This document shows, piece by piece, positions 46,156 to 56,300 of a stretch of DNA of 64,000 nucleotides. The DNA is taken from positions 171,673-235,672 of IMG/VR virus record IMGVR_UViG_3300020473_001965; one strand, 5' to 3'. Each line of letters starts with the position of its first letter. Position 1 is the first letter of the stretch. A program made the translations under genes and the position numbers. The notes under the pieces are model-generated. The model saw nothing but the letters and a program-made list of their open reading frames with translations. It was not told the origin of the DNA and did not search any database.

Positions 46156-49100
46156 TAAAAATCTATCTTTGTCTTAAAAAGAAACTCGTCACTACTTCGC
46201 TTGACGACAGGTTGTGCAAAGTTTGTCTTTGTAACAATATTAAAGTTGTCATCATGAAAGTTAATACCAGTAATGTAAACAAAGTCTGTAGACGTATCAT
46301 TGGCATAGATAGATGCTGAAGTGGCTACGAACGTTGGATTAGATGATGAATTTATCTGTCCGGCGCCTGCCTTAACAAGTACTTTCATTACATGAACATC
46401 GTGTTCACCTTTGAAGTCAATTGTATGTTTGTCTTTTCCAAACATGGGGATGTTCGGGGATTTAATGATCATCACACCTTCGTCATAGTAAATGTTGCCC
46501 ACAGACGACCATTTTGCGTGCGGTGTCTTTGAGTCAGCCCTATAGATGTTGCCTCTTGAATTGTCCCTTAACGTCATTGGAACGACACCTTCAGCATTAG
46601 CTATGTCAGATACAGTGGGTGATATAGACCCGGTCAACCCGGGGTCATGCATCCTAAGGGACCCAGGCTTAATTCTTTTTCCGTAAAAGAGGTTAGATGC
46701 ATCAAAGAAAACAACTTGATTTGATGAGTTATCTCTAGTTCGCTGGTATATCGTTAAAACGACTCCCGGCGCTTGACCTAGATTATCAGGATTTGATCCC
46801 ATAATTTGAGAAGCTATTTCTGATTCGTCGTTTGTCAAACTCTCAATTAGAGATGATGTTAGGATTAAGTCATTAAGTGTTACCAGAGACAGATCTAAGT
46901 TTCCTAAGTCATTTACAAATTTACCCATTTCAGCTGTTGACTTCGGTGAGGTGGTATAAGTTCCTGATTTAAGAAGATCAAAATTAGGCTTAAAGTATCC
47001 GTTGTCGTTTGGCAAGACAAGTAGATTTCTGGCCCTTACTGAACCTGTTGCATAAAGATATTGGTTCATTGTCAGTTCTACTTGCGCATCTCCAGAGACC
47101 ACCGATGCTGTCAAGTTAAACATTCGCGGGTATTCTTTTTGAACAAACTCTCTCAAGTAGTTTTCACAGTTTACTAAGTGCCCACCCACACCAAAAGAAA
47201 GTGACACGTTGAACGGATCATCTGTGGTTGATCTCGTTGTTTGAAAAGGTGTTAACAAGTTGTTTCTTTTTCTTGATTCTTTTGTAAATAAAACAGGAAG
47301 GTAAAATAACATGTCTTTGTAGCTTGGTGGCCCTTGGATTGATGACGTTAAAACTTCCTGTGTTGTAAGATATCTGTTGTAAATTCTTATATCGTGAACT
47401 TCTGCATTTAGAGGATTGCTAAAACTAAAGCTTGAAGGATCGCAATTTTCTGCTGCTAGACTCCTTACACCTTCATTTGTATTTGCATTAGGATTGAAAA
47501 ACTGCACCATGTTGGATGATGAGTGCATTAGATTTCCGCCAACAAAGTAATTTCCTATTATTAACCCTTGAGGATCAGCAACACTCGCTGTGGTGGCGTT
47601 TGTGCCTCCGCCAAAATACATTTGTTGACCAGATGGGTTGAAAATAGAAGCAGTCAAGTTTACGACAGGTGGGCGCTCTGATCCTGTTGCATGCAAACCA
47701 TGGTGAAAAATATGACCTGTTCCTGTTATGATCAGTGTGTTTCCAACTGTTCCACCTGTTTTGTGTTTAATAGTAACAGCATTAGATGAAACTGATGTTG
47801 TCAAGCCCAGCCCAGATCTTCTTACTCTATTTGCAAACACACTTGCTGCTTGAGCCCCTGTTGTTAGCCCATAAACAGGTATCCTTCGTGTGTTAGATCC
47901 TGAGACTCCGAACAGTAAGTTTGGAGAATTACTGGTATCAAACTCAAAAAGTCTTACCTTTCCATTCGTCCCGGTCATAACGATGACGGTTCCGTCAGGC
48001 GGTACAGCTCCAAATGTAAAACTAGCACTGGCCAAGATCTTTCCTGTCTTGTTAACGGGCGCTATACTAGCAGACGGAATTGAAAATTCGCCCCTTTGGA
48101 TGCCGTCAATAAGAATTGAGCCAGACCCGGCGTTTAAAGTCCTCGTGCCCCAACGGATTGCAACATGGTGCCAATGATTTTTTTGCAGTGAATTATCATT
48201 TGTTAAAAAGATTAAGTCACCTGGGTAGTTACTAGAACCTCCAGATGTACCCCTGTTGGATGTGTTTGTATAGGCCACGCTTGTTGGCTTTACATCCGCA
48301 CTGTGTGAAAGCTGGAGCATGATTCGAAAAGAAGTGGGCAGACCCTTTTCATCTTTTCTTGACCCGCTTACTACTGATACTGCAAAGGTTGATGACAAGT
48401 GCGTAATGCATCCTGCGACATATGGGTCTGATGCTTTTAACGTTGTTCTTCGTGGGTTTACATAAAAGCTTAAAGTAAATGCCTTAGAAGGGGTATAGGG
48501 GCCATACGTTGTATCATCTTTAAAATAGTTTGGATAAATTAGTGCACTATTAGAAGGAACATATGAAGCAGTGAAGAAGTTAAGTGTTTGATAGTTTGTA
48601 AATGCGTAGTGAGATGTTGGGTTATCAACTCTGTGATACGGCATTATCACGTTTTTTATTACATTCTTTCTACCTGTGTCTTTTGTATATTTGAATGAAG
48701 GTTCAAAACGTATTATCTCCATCGCCTTTTTATTTCTAGCCGACTCTGGATTTGCATGCACTCCAGAGATATACAACTCTATCGCACTTCTAAATTCCCC
48801 CGCATCTGAGCCGCCCGTAAATGTGGAGGGTATTGTTAGGTTCGTAACACTTCCTGAAGACGGGTTTTGATACTGGGTTGAGATGGTTGTGTTCCCAGAA
48901 GCGCCTCCTGTCTTTTGTGTTAAAACAACTGTCGTTGTCGAACCATCTTTAAACTTAGACTTTATGTCAAGCCCAGAAGCTGTGACTTTTTTAAATGCAT
49001 TGTTGAAAGTTGCAGCTGCAGTCGCAGCGGACCCAGTTACGTTGTTTACTGTCACTCTGGTTGCCATTGATGCACTATAAACACTGGTCGGGGAATGTGC

Positions 49101-49436
49101 ATCAAACTCGAATCTAGACGTCTTTCCTTGGGTGTCTGAGACTATTATTATGTCTCCGTCTTGCGGTACTCCTCCGAACGTTATTTCTGCCGACGCTCTT
49201 GTCGGCTGCTTGGCAGAGTCTATGCAATCCAGGCGCAAATCTTCCAAACTATCTGATTGCAGCTTAGTTTCATCAAATGCTGCAATTGATTGCGCCTGCT
49301 TTTCATATGGCGACCTTCTTGCAAAAACGTAAACAGATCCAGTCACTCCCGCAGACGACGATGTGTATGACCTCACCGGATGTGTTGCAAGAGTAACTAA
49401 TTCAAAATTATCTGGACCTAGTTTGATTATCGCCAT
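46155..49436 (-). CDS. virion structural protein with LamG/ConA-like domain
   Basis: FTLSFYVNP, WHHVAIRWG...ILIDG, EVHDIRIYNRYL; two internal repeats; C-terminus paralogous to 49457-50674. Confidence 0.7.
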   Translation of the reverse strand: MAIIKLGPDNFELVTLATHPVRSYTSSSAGVTGSVYVFARRSPYEKQAQSIAAFDETKLQSDSLEDLRLDCIDSAKQPTRASAEITFGGVPQDGDIIIVSDTQGKTSRFEFDAHSPTSVYSASMATRVTVNNVTGSAATAAATFNNAFKKVTASGLDIKSKFKDGSTTTVVLTQKTGGASGNTTISTQYQNPSSGSVTNLTIPSTFTGGSDAGEFRSAIELYISGVHANPESARNKKAMEIIRFEPSFKYTKDTGRKNVIKNVIMPYHRVDNPTSHYAFTNYQTLNFFTASYVPSNSALIYPNYFKDDTTYGPYTPSKAFTLSFYVNPRRTTLKASDPYVAGCITHLSSTFAVSVVSGSRKDEKGLPTSFRIMLQLSHSADVKPTSVAYTNTSNRGTSGGSSNYPGDLIFLTNDNSLQKNHWHHVAIRWGTRTLNAGSGSILIDGIQRGEFSIPSASIAPVNKTGKILASASFTFGAVPPDGTVIVMTGTNGKVRLFEFDTSNSPNLLFGVSGSNTRRIPVYGLTTGAQAASVFANRVRRSGLGLTTSVSSNAVTIKHKTGGTVGNTLIITGTGHIFHHGLHATGSERPPVVNLTASIFNPSGQQMYFGGGTNATTASVADPQGLIIGNYFVGGNLMHSSSNMVQFFNPNANTNEGVRSLAAENCDPSSFSFSNPLNAEVHDIRIYNRYLTTQEVLTSSIQGPPSYKDMLFYLPVLFTKESRKRNNLLTPFQTTRSTTDDPFNVSLSFGVGGHLVNCENYLREFVQKEYPRMFNLTASVVSGDAQVELTMNQYLYATGSVRARNLLVLPNDNGYFKPNFDLLKSGTYTTSPKSTAEMGKFVNDLGNLDLSLVTLNDLILTSSLIESLTNDESEIASQIMGSNPDNLGQAPGVVLTIYQRTRDNSSNQVVFFDASNLFYGKRIKPGSLRMHDPGLTGSISPTVSDIANAEGVVPMTLRDNSRGNIYRADSKTPHAKWSSVGNIYYDEGVMIIKSPNIPMFGKDKHTIDFKGEHDVHVMKVLVKAGAGQINSSSNPTFVATSASIYANDTSTDFVYITGINFHDDNFNIVTKTNFAQPVVKRSSDEFLFKTKIDF

Positions 49437-49456
49437 TATCTACATCTTTTAAAATA

Positions 49457-50674
49457 CTAGAAATCTAAGCGAACCCTGAACGTCACATCCTTTTCATCAT
49501 TCTTTTCAACTGGTCTCGAAAGTTTAGCAACAGCGAGAAGATTGTCATTCGAATCGAACAAACCGACTGTTGTTACGAAAGAGAAAGTTCGCTGGGTTTC
49601 TTCCTGACCCTCATCGATGACAACAATGTCACTATCAGAATCCACAAAAGTCGGATTCGAAGAGTAATTAAACTCATCTGCTGAAGCTCTACAGAAAATC
49701 AGCGTACTATTAATATTGGTAATATTCTGGAAAGTCAACGAAGTGTTAGAACCACTTCCAAACCTTGTTGAACAAATATGATCGCATATATTATCAATTG
49801 AAGCAGACGCCACGAAAGAAGGAATGAACTTAGCGTTTGTTTGCTCAGCTGTATGACCTATGATTGTCTTTCCAGCTGCAATGTAAGTCGTATTGTCATT
49901 CATTGCGTCAATAGATCCGGACATCCTTTGGGATCCGGATGTGACTTTTGCCAAGTCTAATACTGCAATTCCTCGATCGTAGAAGAGCAATCCTACGTTT
50001 CTAGCTGTGTTTGATGCGTCAACAATATTACCTACATTACCACCCACGGTTACTAGCTTATTCGTTGACGATCCCAAGTCAGTAAAGATAGCTGATCCTG
50101 ACTCGGACGTTACAGCCAAGTTAAACGGAGTTTGAACTCCATCATTAGCAGCTGATGCACTTTGGAAAAATTTCATAGCAAACGTTTCACGCTTAATTGC
50201 GTCCCTGGAAAAAAGTCGCTTAAACGACATAAACATCGCTGTATCCATTCCATTTGTTGAGTCAGATGACCCAAAGGGAGATACAAATTGAGATGTTGCA
50301 TTACCTAGTAATAGCTGCGCATATTGTTTGTAAACATTAACTTTTTCCCTCATCATCACAGTCTGAGATGGGAACAGTTTCTTTCCAAAAGAGTCTTCTC
50401 CAGAAGATGCACTATTGACTGTGGACCCTGTGTGATAAAGCCCTACAGTCAAGTCAAACACGGGGTTTGCAGTCTGAAGTGAGAAGTCTTGATCATATAC
50501 AGTCTGGAACAGTGAGGATGTAATACCGGGGCCTACACCTCCCGTAACAAATACTTGATATTTTCTTCGTGTTGTTGATCCTGATATATCCTCTGATATC
50601 ACGTCAACCAGCTGGTTCAAAAACGATCTTGACGTTTTAATATCCGCTGCTGTTAATTCTTTAAAGGTTGCCAT
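49457..50674 (-). CDS. virion structural protein (tail-collar-like C-terminus)
   Basis: ends FVTTVGLFDSNDNLLAVAKLSRPVEK...FRVRLDF. Confidence 0.6.
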   Translation of the reverse strand: MATFKELTAADIKTSRSFLNQLVDVISEDISGSTTRRKYQVFVTGGVGPGITSSLFQTVYDQDFSLQTANPVFDLTVGLYHTGSTVNSASSGEDSFGKKLFPSQTVMMREKVNVYKQYAQLLLGNATSQFVSPFGSSDSTNGMDTAMFMSFKRLFSRDAIKRETFAMKFFQSASAANDGVQTPFNLAVTSESGSAIFTDLGSSTNKLVTVGGNVGNIVDASNTARNVGLLFYDRGIAVLDLAKVTSGSQRMSGSIDAMNDNTTYIAAGKTIIGHTAEQTNAKFIPSFVASASIDNICDHICSTRFGSGSNTSLTFQNITNINSTLIFCRASADEFNYSSNPTFVDSDSDIVVIDEGQEETQRTFSFVTTVGLFDSNDNLLAVAKLSRPVEKNDEKDVTFRVRLDF

Positions 50675-50687
50675 CTTTGCTCCGTAA

Positions 50688-51383
50688 TTAGCTGCTTATT
50701 TGAACTTCGAAATCATAAACTGAGCCGTCTTGGACTCCTGTTGCCTTAACAAAGGTGCTGATTTTTGAATCTGAACCTCCGTAAATTGTAAAATGATTGT
50801 CTGTAAGTGATTTTACTTCAAGAGTCATAGTTAATTTTGATCCACCGATAGATGTCACCGCCTCATCTCGAAGCAATAGGTATGTTGCCATATTATTGAA
50901 ATCTATATTGTCGGGAGACTGCCCTTGAACTTGCAAGAAAAGATTGCTCATTGTGACTATAAAAGCTTGATTTCTTAATTCTACATCAATAGAATCTTCA
51001 TTATCTATCTCTTGCGTCAACGTTATTGATCTTGTTGTGTTTGATGTTCTTCCCATCGTAACAATAGATCCGGCAACTCCTTCCCCAGATAATGATAAAC
51101 TTGGCAACCTCAAAATACTTGGGTTCGATAAGCTAATTAGCTTGTATTTTAATGCCTGATCGCCATTTGTCAATGCTTCGAAAATAGGTGTGTTCTTTTC
51201 TACTTTTTCTTTACCAACAGTTCGACCGTACTTTTTAATCACTCCATAATCAACTTCATCATCGCCTAGCGCGAATTTAGTAATTGAAAAAGAGCCGTCA
51301 TTCCGAGAAAGGAACTTTCGGCCGGTGTCTGTTAGAACTGCGTCTAAGATTATATTGTTTGTGCTGTGATCGAGAAACCCCAT
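50688..51383 (-). CDS. virion structural protein (tail-collar-like N-terminus)
   Basis: AVLTDTGRKFLSRNDGSFSITKFALGDD. Confidence 0.6.
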   Translation of the reverse strand: MGFLDHSTNNIILDAVLTDTGRKFLSRNDGSFSITKFALGDDEVDYGVIKKYGRTVGKEKVEKNTPIFEALTNGDQALKYKLISLSNPSILRLPSLSLSGEGVAGSIVTMGRTSNTTRSITLTQEIDNEDSIDVELRNQAFIVTMSNLFLQVQGQSPDNIDFNNMATYLLLRDEAVTSIGGSKLTMTLEVKSLTDNHFTIYGGSDSKISTFVKATGVQDGSVYDFEVQISS

Positions 51384-51460
51384 GGATTACTTCTCCTCTT
51401 AAATTAATTATACATTTACCAAAAAATGTTAGTAAAACTATTTATTCTCTTCATTGTAAA

Positions 51461-53383
51461 CTAAGATGACCTTCTATTAAATTTTCTTCTTTGAGCCTTC
51501 CTTCTTCTCTTTCTTCTTCTAGCTCTCCGTGTAGCCCTTCTAGCCCTGACAAGTGCTAAATCTTCTGTTTCTTCTTTTCCGCGAGGTCTTGTATCATCTA
51601 TTTCTATTGATATTTTACGCTCTTTTTGCTGATCTACATTTATAAACTGAAGCTGATAGGAACCTGACTTGTCCCGTGGGCTTCGCTTTGTTGTTTTGAT
51701 CAGCTCTAGATCACTCCCAGCCTTGTCGGTTATCTTTAAGTATTCAGGATCAAAATAAATATGCACTCTTCTATGACCTGAGTCTCTTATAGTGTCTACA
51801 AACAGGTCTTGTTTTAAATAAAGGTTTGGATATTGTTTTGGTGCACCGGAAGGTGATATTTCTTTTGTTACCAGCCTATTGTTGGCTCTGTCAAAAGTTA
51901 CTTCAAACTGATTAGAATAATTTGAAGTAAAGTTTCTTGCGTCAATCGAACATACTGCGTATATAAACTTAGAGTCCATTGTAAAGTCGTTATCTCTATA
52001 GTTAAGTGCGGGATGCTTTAAATAAATTCTTCTACTCTCATCAATATCTTCGAGGTCGGGATGACGCTGGGTGCTGTCATCAAAATCTAACATTGCTACT
52101 AATTCAAAGGGTTCTAGAATGCTTTTTCTTCTAAAAACTTGAAACTTTTTAATATCGCGCTGGGGGTTTACAGGAAAATTCCACATTAGGTTCAGCGTGT
52201 TAGACGTAAAATGCCAGACTGGTTTAAAATCAGCTGGTTCACTTGGAGGCATAGTTTCTATGCACTCTACTATTGCTCTGTTACTAGGCTTGGACATTAT
52301 TAACATTGTTGACGACATAATATCTGTTTGATCTTCAGATGGCGCCTGGAAGTCTACTTGTGCTACAGTTTTGATTTGATAAACGTATGTTTTTCCATAT
52401 TTTACACGCGTATCAATAAGCCTGGTTGATGTTGGATTGTTTATTATAATGTCTTTTATTTTAACGAGCTCATATGTCTCGTCATCTACCTCGTATTTTT
52501 CTATGATGTACCCAATCACTCGTGATTTAGTATCTGCTTGACCTGCATCTATCATCCTGACTCTTATGGGTTCTGCAATTAGATCGTATTCTTCTGGGTC
52601 TATTTCGTTTGGTTTTACACCTGTTAGAGCTTCTTCAGTAATTGCTTCACTTAATTCGTCTAAATCTGCCATTTCATCAGCAAATATTGATGACGGATCT
52701 GATGTTGCTGAATCTATTAGTACATCGGCAAACTTATTATTTAACTGTATTGCTAGTGTTACATCTCTGGCATTGGGTGATTTCTTTCTTGAGAGTTCTT
52801 CTCTTTTTTCTTCGTCAACAAATCGTGCTCCCGTTGCCTGTGCATTCATTGCATCAGCAAGAAATTTTGGAGTCACCTCTGGGCCGGTTCTTTGATTTAG
52901 CTCCTTTGCTTTGTCAGTTGGGGATGCTGGATTTTTTTCTTGTGTCAGATTTAATGTCATGTTCAAAAAGGGCGTTAACTTATCGTCAAGCCCCGAATCT
53001 TGAACTACTAAACCTGTGAAACTGTTATTAGAAATAGAAGCTTCATCTTGTATCTCGTCTATGTGATCTTGTATTCTAAGAAACCTTATTCTCTTAGACT
53101 CTTCTACGCCTGGTACGTTTACTTTTAGGGGGCGCCATGTCAAAGCGATGTACCGTGGTACTTTTCTTTCTAGTTCTTTCTTAGCAGCTGGAGACATTCG
53201 TCTACTAGAGACGAGATTCTGTCCTGACCTTCTTAGAATTTTTCTAGCATTTGGATCATACTTGTCGCTTGTTGTCTCGTCTGCTTCGAAAAAGTTATAA
53301 TAAAATTTGGCGCGGACTCTAGAGACTTCAGGAACATCGACAAACGACACAAGAGAGGATGGGTATGTTAGTTTTCTAGGCAT
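51461..53383 (-). CDS. putative virion protein with FN3/Ig-like domains and Arg-rich C-terminus
   Basis: DTRVKYGKTYVYQI, PPSEP...LNLMWNFP...FQVFRR, YIYAVCS-type FN3-like motifs. Confidence 0.55.
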   Translation of the reverse strand: MPRKLTYPSSLVSFVDVPEVSRVRAKFYYNFFEADETTSDKYDPNARKILRRSGQNLVSSRRMSPAAKKELERKVPRYIALTWRPLKVNVPGVEESKRIRFLRIQDHIDEIQDEASISNNSFTGLVVQDSGLDDKLTPFLNMTLNLTQEKNPASPTDKAKELNQRTGPEVTPKFLADAMNAQATGARFVDEEKREELSRKKSPNARDVTLAIQLNNKFADVLIDSATSDPSSIFADEMADLDELSEAITEEALTGVKPNEIDPEEYDLIAEPIRVRMIDAGQADTKSRVIGYIIEKYEVDDETYELVKIKDIIINNPTSTRLIDTRVKYGKTYVYQIKTVAQVDFQAPSEDQTDIMSSTMLIMSKPSNRAIVECIETMPPSEPADFKPVWHFTSNTLNLMWNFPVNPQRDIKKFQVFRRKSILEPFELVAMLDFDDSTQRHPDLEDIDESRRIYLKHPALNYRDNDFTMDSKFIYAVCSIDARNFTSNYSNQFEVTFDRANNRLVTKEISPSGAPKQYPNLYLKQDLFVDTIRDSGHRRVHIYFDPEYLKITDKAGSDLELIKTTKRSPRDKSGSYQLQFINVDQQKERKISIEIDDTRPRGKEETEDLALVRARRATRRARRRKRRRKAQRRKFNRRSS

Positions 53384-56300
53384 TAGTCATCTCCGTTCAT
53401 AAACTGTGTAAAAAGATTTCTTCTTCGGGTTCCAGTTGGAGTTTCAGCAACGGCTGCTTCCTCTGCGCCTCTCCTTGACTCACTTTTAGAGGCTGATATC
53501 ATTTCAACAGCAACGAAATATTCATAAATAGATACTTTGCCTTCTGACTTTCTTCTTGGTTTCAAATACCACCTACCATTACGCCGGATGATCGCTTTTC
53601 GTCGACGAGCGTTTCTAAATGCTCGCCTTCCCGACTTGGTAGAATTTGTCTTTTTCACATCTATCGCAAAGTCATCAGGATCTACTGGTAAACAGTAAAC
53701 TCTATCAAATAGTGTTGGCTGGAGAACTGTATGCTGGTTATTTTTGGCTCTAAACAGTGTTGTTTTGCAAAAAGACTCTATTTGTTTTATTGTAGCTTGA
53801 TGCTCTTTATACTCTTGTTCTGTTTCTATGTCTTCATCAGTCAAGTAGATGCTCATAACGTCGGACAATAATTTCTTTGTTCTTTTATCACTATCAATCC
53901 TGCTTTTTACAGGTTGCGCGGCGCTTGCCAAGAAAAACTCCTGCTCATCAATATTGATTCCTGTCATTAGTCTGATGTAATACTTTAGTGCTTGATCATA
54001 GATTCCGTTTCTAACGATTGCATAACGATTTGCACCCTTGGGAAGTACTTTAAAATCATCGCTCTCAATCATAGTCTTGTAATCTAAACCATCTTTGCCT
54101 ATTCTCCCTCTGCTGTCATATTCTTGATAGATAAGCTTTTCTCTGACGATGTCGGAAAATTTATCTGTCAATCTAATTTCATCAAATGAATCAACTGGAG
54201 AGAGGTGATATCTGTCACAAAATGTATAGTATCTATGAGAAAACACAAGATCATCAAATTGTTGATCGCGCTTATAGACCCTGAATCTTATCATGTAATC
54301 TTTTTTATACGGGTCATAAAGCGCTGACCTTCTTGAGTCATCGACCATTTCTGTCTGGAGTCTTTTGACCATCCCTAAGGGAAGCCCTACGCACAGAATG
54401 TTTAGATTATTAGCTCTACGTGACCTAAATCTTCTCTGCCTTAATGTTTGATCCATCAAAGCAGATTGACCGAACTTAAATCTGTCATAGTGCGGCACAG
54501 GAATCGATTTCAATTCTTCTGTGTTAGTTGCAATAGACTCTAACTGCTTTTGCTTAAGCGCAATTTGATGCTCATTCAATCCGGCCACTATTACGGGCCC
54601 CCCGGGGGTGTTCAGAAGCGCGTTTAATAGTTTTTGGTGTCTTCTCGAACCTTCTGTGTCAAACCATCGCTGTAATCGAATAGCTTCCCAAACAAGATTC
54701 CTCCCATACATTCTAAGCATTCTAAGGCGCTGTTGAAGAAAGATTCTTTCCTCTTCTAGAGCGTCTTCTGAACCTTCGAAAAACCCTATTGCATCTTCGT
54801 ATACTTCTTCCTCATAGTCAGATTTATGAGATTGATCATACTGATCTGTTGTTTGTCCGTCTATGGGTATCCAGTCGACAATACCTGTTGATATATGACC
54901 TGAAGCAGCTACACCTGCCCGAAAATATGTCATGCTGTTCCTGTGCCAGATCTTGCTTCCATTAATTGCTGACTCTTGTTTTTTCTCGAACTTAACAAGT
55001 GCAGATTCGTAAATTTGGTTTACAATCGTTAAACATGCATCAAAATACAACGCTTGAAAATGATCTTCTGGAATCCCCTTGTTTCTAGACATTCTTACGG
55101 GATTTTCCGGGGTCGCGGCGTTAAAGATATCTGGAACAGTGTCCATAGTTAAAGCCCTAAGACCTTTAGCTGCTTGTTGAACTAAATCTAATCTATCTTG
55201 TGCTTGTTGCTCCATGGTGTCTGCGGCTTTATATTGTGAAAGGGCTTTGTTTCTGTGAGTCTCTCCTATTGTGTTAACCATCTTCGCGATTGTACCGTGA
55301 CCCGGAGAGAAGAGCATGGCCATACCGATCTTCGCGGAGGTTGAGCTCATCGATGGGTATGACATGTTGGAGTGTGGGGGCGGTGGGGGCGGTGTCATTT
55401 TGCCAACAAGCTTAAACATCTTTCGGGCTTTCTGCATGTTTTTGTCAGCTTTTCTTCTTAGTTGGCCAGCAGTAACTGTCGCCATTCTAAGTAATCCTCG
55501 TGCACCCATAACATCATCGTTCAACTCATTGCCCAAGCTTCTTGCTGCAGCAAAAGCTGCCGGATCTACCCTCCTCTTTGCTGTCGTGAGATGCGATCTA
55601 TACCCCCGCATCATCACAGCGGCGAAAGCTCCTAACTCAGTTTCTGGATCGCAAAAATCCATTGCGGCCTTTACCGAATCTGTCTTGACTTGGGGGCCCA
55701 TGTCTTTGTCTTTGTTCTTCCCGCGGCGAGCACCTGTTTTTCCACCAACAACTCTCGATGTATTTTTTCCATTCTTCATTAATCTCGAAGGAATTCTATG
55801 AAGAAGGATGCGGCACAAATCTTTTATGTGTCGAGCACACTCGTAAGGCGTTTGTAGTTCATTAACATCTATCGTAAAGGGCCTTTTTGATCGCTTTCTG
55901 AGGTTCATGTGGCGCATGCGAGCGGCTACCGGATTCTCGGGACCAGGGTTTGCTAATTTAGCTAGCAGCCCCTGTCTTTCTAGTTGCTGCTTCAACTCTT
56001 CGTCTTCTTCTAGCATTTCTCTTAATGCTTCTTGCTGCTTTAGGAGTTCTCTTCGATAAGCAGTCTTTATAATCTGTATTACGCAGAATCTTGCTCGATC
56101 GCTTCTCTCAGTCAGCTCTGAAATTAGACCTATTCTAGATCTTTCTGGCTTTCGCCTTGAATCGGCTACGGTCCACCTAACTGTGTTTGTCATCCTTCTC
56201 AAGACAGAGTCACCATGGAAGTCTGCGTGGTCACCATAAAGTTTTGATGGCCTTCTTGCCGACTTGCGGCCGCCTGTGCCGGGGAGGTAATACATTGTGC

